Shown in pieces: positions 25,301 to 34,300 of a stretch of 64,000 nt of DNA. How positions within the stretch are numbered: position 1 is the first letter of the stretch; every line of letters starts with the position of its first letter. Origin of the DNA: Haliotis rufescens (lineage: Eukaryota). The stretch lies in assembly GCF_023055435.1 (NCBI RefSeq), contig NW_025963780.1, positions 46,252,001-46,316,000 on the forward strand, given 5' to 3'. The position numbers and the translations under genes were made by a program. The notes beneath the pieces are model-generated. The model saw nothing but the letters and a program-made list of their open reading frames with translations, did not search any database and was not told the DNA's origin.

Positions 25301-28300
25301 GGGGACTATGCTTGTTGTAGGAGGGGACTATGCTTGTTGTAGGAGGGGACTATGCTTGTTGTAGGAGGCGACTATGCTTGTTGTAGGAGGCGACTATGCT
25401 TGTTGTAGGAGGGGACTATGCTTGTTGTAGGAGGGGACTATGCTTGTTGTAGGAGGGGACTATGCTTGTTGTAGGAGGGGACTATGCTTGTTGTAGGAGG
25501 GGACTATGCTTGTTGTAGGAGGGGACTATGCTTGTTGTAGGAGGGGACTATGCTTGTTGTAGGAGGCGACTATGCTTGTTGTAGGAGGGGACTATGCTTG
25601 TTGTAGGAGGCGACTATGCTTGTTGTAGGAGGCGACTATGCTTGTTGTAGGAGGCGACTATGCTTGTTGTAGGAGGGGACTATGCTTGTTGTAGGAGGCG
25701 ACTATGCTTGTTGTAGGAGGGGACTATGCTTGTTGTAGGAGGGGACTATGCTTGTTGTAGGAGGGGACTATGCTTGTTGTAGGAGGCGACTAACGGAATA
25801 AGGTGGTCAGACTCCCAATTGCGTGGATCGATGTTCATGTTGTCAATCACAGGATTGTCTGATCCAGACTCGATTACTTACAGACTGCCGTCATATCACT
25901 GGAATATTGCTGAGTGCGGCGTTAAACAACAAACAAACAATAAAAAATACCAGTGTTTATCCGTGCCCCCTGTGTTGGTGGTTGACGGCGGTAAAAGGTA
26001 TTTGACAGTTGTTGACATGTCATACAGTGTGACAGTTACTTACAGATAGGAAGACTGCCACGACCGCCTGGCCCGCCACGCTGCCACTGGCGTTCCCTCC
26101 GTCACGTACATGGACCAGGTGCATCTGGGGAAGAGAGGAAGTCCGATGACAGACTGACACAGGTCTGAATGTCGTACAGGCGGAAGTACACTGAACAGTT
26201 ACGTTAAGAGAAGACATTTGAGGAATGAACAGACATTACGTTCACGCCCGCTCATAGCACTGGGACTGAATTCGGGGAGAGAGAGGCCACCGATTCACAG
26301 TTAAACCACTTAAGTCCGAAAAGCACCGGAGCTGCCAGCAGTGTCTATGTCTATGTCTCGGTTGACTGTTGAGGGAGTTGCAAGCACCCACGTTCAGGAT
26401 GTTGACTGTTGTGGTTACTACCCCACCTCCGGATGTATTAGGTGACCCGGGGTTCAAAAATAGACACCTGCACATACTGCGACCCGTTAGGTCAGCCAGG
26501 TGGTCCTGTAGGTTCTGTTGTAAAATCGTGGCACCTGATGTGAAAAAAAACAACCAAAAAAACAAACTGCTTGTCGGGCTTATTGAGTTGACTGGTTCCC
26601 GTCAACGTGCTCCGATCGCTGCAACTGTTTCCCGGGCTTTCAGTCGTCGATGTGTATGTTCAGACCGCATTATTTATTGACAGGCCGCCATGGTATGGGT
26701 GTACTATTACTTAAACAACATTTATTCACCTAATCTACTTCAACATTATCCTCCTGTCTTGACTGTCTTCTAGACGCCCCTACCGTGTAGCTGGTGCGTG
26801 CAGGCCGCCATGGTATGGGTGTACTATTACTTAAACAACATTTATTCACCTAATCTACTTCAACATTATCCTCCTGTCTTGACTGTCTTCTAGACGCCCC
26901 TACCGTGTAGCTGGTGCGTGTAGCTGGTGCGTGTAGCTGGTGCGTGTAGCTGGTGCGTGCAGCTGGTGCGTGTAGCTGGTGCGTGTAGCTGGTGCGTGCT
27001 GGCCGGGCTCACCTCGCCATCATAGCGTTTCCCGAACACTCTGTGCTCCGTGCCGTGGCGAGATCCGGTCTTGCCCACGTGGATGTGGAGGCTGTTGAGC
27101 CGGAAGCTGCAGTCGGTGTAGCCAGGGACGCCCTGCAGAACGATGTCCGGAAAAGTACCTTCGGCGATCTTTGGATAGTAACCTAAGATGAAAAAAAGTG
27201 TCTGTTCAACATTGGTTTCCATAAAGTTTGTCAGCTGAAACAGCTGAAACAGCTGAAACTTGCAAATATGAGTTAACTGTGTCACTAGCGCGGTGCACAG
27301 GAGAGTGTCAGCGGAATGGGTCTGTGCACCACGTGACCAACGGGTGACGGGTGTAAACGAACGATCGATGATGACGTCATGTCGCATTGTTTATAATAAG
27401 CAATGGGATTCTCTAAACTTCAAATGTGAGGCGAGTTTAGCTCTAAACACCTGCTCAGTACTCACCTGATGAAGGAACAAGAAGTAGCTCTGACACGTCG
27501 TGACGAAGAATTATAGAAGTTGCTATCTATAAACATCTTACCAAGGCAAGGGAGTTAACTGACTATAAAAGTCCAGTTTCCATCCTTGCCGAACTAAGTT
27601 GCAATAATGGAGTTATGTTTTGGCTTGACTAACGAGCTTCTGAATAATCCAATCGAAATCGCGTCACGAACTAGACATCCGGTTAGAAACCAACATGGAT
27701 TTCAACGTGTAGATTTCGGTCGACTGTAGGATAATCAAAGCATGTGTACCGTCAGCTGTACATCGACAGATATTTTACAAATTATGTCATGCTTTAAGGT
27801 GCTCACGTGATTTGATGCACTTAGCGAGGCAAATGCAAGTGATATGAGAGATGGAATCTGATTGGTCAATAGAAGGAACATAGAAGGGACACTGGTGGCG
27901 CTACGATCGAGCCCAGAAATTCCAAGGGTGGAAACTGGACTTTTATAGCCAGGTAACTCCCTTGCCTCGGGAAGATGATCCATAAAAAGTGTCATGTATT
28001 TGGCAATGTTGTCGAAATGCACTCATTGACATCAGTGTCCACCCTAGATTATTGTCCTGGCAGGTGTGTTATGTCATATATGCCATGGGGTAGGAACACG
28101 AAAAACCATTTGGAATAATTTGGACAGTTTTTTACTTCAAACTTTATGTTAAACGTTAGAAAAAATCCATTTCCCTCCAATTTCCAGGTACAGAAATTAT
28201 TAGGAAATTTTACAATTTCAAATGTCTTGCGCACGTTAGGCAGTAATGAGATACGATTGGCATCTTTGCGTTTGGAATACATAGAAGTCCATACATGCAC

Positions 28301-31300
28301 AAGTGGAATCAATTATTTGTGTGTCATTTTATTTCCTTTAATGACCATACACAGTTATCAAAATTCAATCAAACCTCATGAAATACATTAGGAATAAATG
28401 GACATACAGTGCATAACAAGTTTCATCTCAACGGGTGCTCGGTATCCCTGCAGGGTATGTAAACCAAGTCACAGCTCGTTTCGATGGACAAAGGATGCTC
28501 AGTACATTAGCGAAGGACATTTAATGGCAAGTGGCCAAGGGCAAGATAAAGCCTTAGCGTGTTTGTTCATTTTCACAGAGAACATTGGACGAAGAAATAT
28601 TACGACAGTAACATTGTGCGTTAAAATGCACAAAAACACGAACATTTAAGCGCCTTCTTTTACGAACAACAATGACGAACAATTGAAGTATGATGAACAA
28701 TGGAAGTATGAGGAACAATGAGAGTATGATGAACAATGGAAGTATGATGAACAGTGGAAGTATGAGGAACAATGGAAGTATGAGGAACAATGGAAGTATG
28801 ATGAACAATGGAAGTATGATGAACAATGGAAGTATGATGAACAATGGAAGTATGAGGAACAATGGAAGTATGAGGAACAATGGAAGTATGACTAACAATG
28901 GAAGTATGATGAACAATGGAAGTATGATGAACAATGGAAGTATGATGAATAATGGAAGTATAACTAACAATGGAAGTATGATGAACAATGGAAGTATGAT
29001 GAACAGTGGAAGTATGACGAACAATGGAAGTATGACGAACAATGGAAGTATGAGGAACAATGAGAGTATGATGAACAATTGAAGTATAATGAACAGTGGA
29101 AGTATGAGGAACAATGGAAGTATGAGGAACAATGGAAGTATGATGAACAATGGAAGTATGAGGAACAATGGAAGTATGAGGAACAATGGAAGTATGACTA
29201 ACAATGGAAGTATGATGAACAATGGAAGTATGATGAACAATGGAAGTATGATGAACAATGGAAGTATGATGAATAATGGAAGTATGACTAACAATGGAAG
29301 TATGAGGAACAATGGAAGTATGACTTACAATGGAAGTATGATGAACAATGGAAGTATGAGGAACAATGGAAGTATGACTAACAATAGAAGTATGATGAAC
29401 AATGAAAGTATGAGGAACAATGGAAGTATGAGGAACAATGGAAGTATAACTTACAATGGAAGTATGAGGAACAATGGAAGTATGATGAACAATGGAATTA
29501 TGAGGAACAATGGAAGTATGATGAACAATGGAAGTATGATGAATAATGGAAGTATAACTAACAATGGAAGTATGATGAACAATGGAAGTATGATGAACAG
29601 TGGAAGTATGACGAACAATGGAAGTATGACGAACAATGGAAGTATGAGGAACAATGAGAGTATGATGAACAATTGAAGTATAATGAACAGTGGAAGTATG
29701 AGGAACAATGGAAGTATGAGGAACAATGGAAGTATGATGAACAATGGAAGTATGAGGAACAATGGAAGTATGAGGAACAATGGAAGTATGACTAACAATG
29801 GAAGTATGATGAACAATGGAAGTATGATGAACAATGGAAGTATGATGAACAATGGAAGTATGATGAATAATGGAAGTATGACTAACAATGGAAGTATGAG
29901 GAACAATGGAAGTATGACTTACAATGGAAGTATGATGAACAATGGAAGTATGAGGAACAATGGAAGTATGACTAACAATAGAAGTATGATGAACAATGAA
30001 AGTATGAGGAACAATGGAAGTATGAGGAACAATGGAAGTATAACTTACAATGGAAGTATGAGGAACAATGGAAGTATGATGAACAATGGAATTATGAGGA
30101 ACAATGGAAGTATGATGAACAATGGAAGTATGATCAGCAAAGGAAGTATGATGAACAGTGGAAGTATGATGCACAATGGAAGTATGGCGAACAGTGGAAG
30201 TATGAGGAACAATGGAAGTATGAGGAACAATGGAAGTATGAGGAACAATGGAAGTATGATGAATAATGGAAGTATGACTTACAATGGAACTATGAGGAAC
30301 AATGGAAGTATGACGAACGATGGAAGTATGAGGAACAATGGAAGTATGAGGAACAATGGAAGTATAACTAACAATGGAAGTATGAGGAACAATGGAAGTA
30401 TGATGAACAGTGGAAGTATGAGGAACCATGGAAGTATGAGTAACAAAGGAAGTATGAGGAACAATGGAAGTATGGGTACAATGGAAGTATGATGAACAAT
30501 GGAAGTATAACTAACAATGGAAGTATGAGGAACAATGGAAGTATGATGAACAGTGGAAGTATGAGGAACAATGGAAGTATGATGTACAATGGAAGTATGA
30601 GGAACAATGGAAGTATGATGAACAGTGGAAGTATGAGGAACAATGGAAGTATAACTAACAATGGAAGTATGATGAACAATGGAAGTATGAGGAACAATGG
30701 AAGTATAACTAACAATGGAAGTATGAGGAACAATGGAAGTGTGATCAACAAAGGAAGTATGATGAACAGTGGAAGTATAATGCACAATGGAAGTATGACG
30801 AACAGTGGAAGTATGATTAGGGAAAGATGCAATAAAGTTCGCCTGTTCATTTTCCTATGTTGCCGAAGAGGCGTTACATCAAGTGCTGCCTCTCGCTTAC
30901 ATGTGAATGATGCAGCAACACTCTGATTCTCTGAACATGCATGTATATAGCAGGGACATCTTTTTCACAGACATTGTTTGCAAATAAAGCGACAAAACCC
31001 TTTCCGTATCCAATATAAATCTAGATTGTACGATTCCGACTATACCATAAGCTTGTGTTTATGAATCACTATCAAATAGTGATGATACCAGGTGTTCGCG
31101 AAAAGGTGATCCTGCCCCACTGATGGCACCCGTCACAATCACATGTAAATGGAAGTCAATTGTTCAACTGAAAAAGCACGGGAACATATGGTACATTCCA
31201 GAATGGGGAATTGCATTGGGCATAATTTGTGTTACTGATGCGTCACATTTGGAAATATCCTCCACATATCTACCATAAAGCCTTATGAAATCTATACTGA

Positions 31301-34300
31301 TGCCTAGAATATTGTAACCTTGATCAAACAACTTCTGTGCAAGAGTAGTCTGACGCTCTTTGAAATCTTGGTAGGAAGAACATGCTCGATTGTCTCTCAA
31401 AAGTTTTGAAATGTAAACATGAAAGGCTGGAGCTGCTGGAATATTGCTCCACATGAAGGGAAAGTTTACTATTGGAAAGTTGAAGTCATCCCTCTTGTCA
31501 AACAGTCTTGTGCAGTTTTGTTTTTTCATTCTAAATCTTTATGCGTAGATCTAAATATCAAACAAATGAGGCGGCCTCACTGGTCTCCTTTATTTCTTGT
31601 TTAGGTGGGTAAATCAGTGGAAGGCAATTGGCTATTTGAGTGTTATTGAACGATATCAGATCATCGATATACCTGAAGCTTAAGTTAAACTCCTCGGCCA
31701 AATTGCCTTGTTTTGACTTTGCCAATCCGAGCAGAAACTCTGATTCATATGCAGAAAGAAACAGATCCGCAAATTGGTGCCCCTAGGGATATCTACTTCT
31801 TGTCTTACCCCAAAATTAGATATTATCAATGAGGAAGTCCAGTATTTCACATATTGTTTTCTCAGAAAACTTCAAATGGCATTTGCTTTCAATTTTCACA
31901 AATTATTAATCCTGATACGCAACTGTATATGTGGTCACCACATTTTGTAACAAAAGCCCCATGGATCAAGGAATGGAGCGGTGTACAAAGTTGAAAAAGC
32001 AAATATTTTGACAGAATGAAACTTGGTTCTTTTCTGAGATTGGAAAAGGTCAGGCAAATCATTTGAGTTGAGTTGTTCATTTGGACCCAGCAATGTATCT
32101 CTCTTTGGAGCTTTGGATACCAGTACGAAGGAGGAATGGACATGGCTTCAGGTTTTAGAGTCAAGTCAAAAGTTAACAGTGCTGATTTCTGGTCTTGGCA
32201 GATGCCTCTCTGTCTCTCTTTTTCTCTGTCTCTCTGACAGTATGCAGTATGTGTATGTTGAGGAAAGTATGAGGGTGAGGTATAATTGTGAGTATATATG
32301 TAGCAGAGAGTGTTGAGATGGGGTGACGTAGAGGTGTGAGTATATATGTGGCAGAGAGTGTAGAAATGGGTGACGTAGAGGTGTGAGTATATATGTGGCA
32401 GAGAGTGTTGAGATTGAGTGACGTAGAGGTGTGAGTATCTATGTGGCAGAGAGTGTTCAGATGGGGTGACGTAGAGGTGTGAGTATATATGTGGCAGAGA
32501 GTGTTGAGAGTGTTGAGATGGGATGACGTAGAGGTGTGAGTATATATGTGGCAGAGAGTGTTCAGATGGGGTGACGTAGAGGTGTGAGTATATATTTGTG
32601 GCAGAGAGTGTTGAGAGTGTTGAGATGGGATGACGTAGAGTTGTGAGTATATATGTGGCAGAGAGTGTTCAGATGGGGTGACGTAGAGGGGTGAGTATAT
32701 ATGTGGCAGAGTGTGTAGAAATGGGTGACGTAGAGGTGTGAGTATATATGTGGCAGAGAGTGTTGAGATTGAGTGACGTAGAGGTGTGAGTATATATGTG
32801 GCAGAGAGTGTTCAGATGGGGTGACGTAGAGGTGTGAGTATATATGTGGCAGAGAGTGTTGAGAGTGTTGAGATGGGATGACCTAGAGTTGTGAGTATAT
32901 ATGTGGCAGAGAGTGTTCAGATGGAGTGACATAGAGGTGTGAGTATATATGTGGAAGAGAGTGTTCAGATGGAGTGACGTAGAGGTGTGAGTATATATGT
33001 GGCAGAGAGTGTTGAGATGGGGTGACGTAGAGGTGTGACTATATATGTGGCGGAGAGTGTTGAGAGTGTTGAGATGGGGTGACGTAGAGGTGTGAGTATA
33101 TATGTGGCAGAGAGTGTTGAGAGTGTTGAGATGGGGTGACGTAGAGGTGTGAGTATATATGTGGCAGAGAGTGTTGAGATGGGGTGACGTAGAGGTGTGA
33201 GTATATATGTGGCAGAGAGTGTTCAGATGGAGTGACGTAGAGGTGTGAGTATATATGTGGCAGAGAGTTCTTGAGAGTGTTGAGATGGAGTGACGTAGAG
33301 GTGTGAGTATATACGTGGCAGAGAGTGTTGAGATGTTGTGACGTAGAGGTGTGAGTATATATGGGGCAGATAGTGTTGAGATGTTGTGACGTAGAGGTGT
33401 GAATATATATGTGGCAGAGAGTGTTCAGATGGGGTGACGTAGAGGTGTGAGTATATATGTGGCAGAGAGTGTTGAGATGGGATGACGTAGAGTTGTGAGT
33501 ATATATGTGGCAGAGAGTGTTGAGATGGGGTGACGTAGAGGTGTGAGTATATATGTGGCAGAGAGTGTTCAGATGGAGTGACGTAGAGGTGTGAGTATAT
33601 ATGTGGCAGAGAGTTCTTCAGAGTGTTGAGATGGAGTGACGTAGAGGTGTGAGTATATACGTGGCAGAGAGTGTTGAGATGTTGTGACGTAGAGGTGTGA
33701 GTATATATGTGGCAGAGAGTGTTGAGATGGGGTGACGTAGAGGTGTGACTATATATGTGGCGGAGAGTGTTGAGAGTGTTGAGATGGGGTGACGTAGAGG
33801 TGTGAGTATATATGTGGCAGAGAGTGTTGAGAGTGTTGAGATGGGGTGACGTAGAGGTGTGAGTATATATGTGGCAGAGAGTGTTGAGATGGGGTGACGT
33901 AGAGGTGTGAGTATATATGTGGCAGAGAGTGTTCAGATGGAGTGACGTAGAGGTGTGAGTATATATGTGGCAGAGAGTTCTTGAGAGTGTTGAGATGGAG
34001 TGACGTAGAGGTGTGAGTATATACGTGGCAGAGAGTGTTGAGATGTTGTGACGTAGAGGTGTGAGTATATATGGGGCAGATAGTGTTGAGATGTTGTGAC
34101 GTAGAGGTGTGAATATATATGTGGCAGAGAGTGTTCAGATGGGGTGACGTAGAGGTGTGAGTATATATGTGGCAGAGAGTGTTGAGATGGGATGACGTAG
34201 AGTTGTGAGTATATATGTGGCAGAGAGTGTTGAGATGGGGTGACGTAGAGGTGTGAGTATATATGTGGCAGAGAGTGTTCAGATGGAGTGACGTAGAGGT

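Noticed and set aside
20270-25791. CRISPR-like or telomere-like array
   Set aside because: No unique spacers and no cas genes, in a eukaryotic intron; the unit derives from the surrounding SINE.
28690-30926. (MMNNGS)n ORFs resembling the Gly/Asn-rich repeat of nacrein, lying inside a CA gene
   Set aside because: They are on the opposite strand to the CA, in intron 2 rather than at the insert position, broken by stops and a frameshift, and have no splice sites or signal peptide. An 18-bp unit gives long ORFs trivially.
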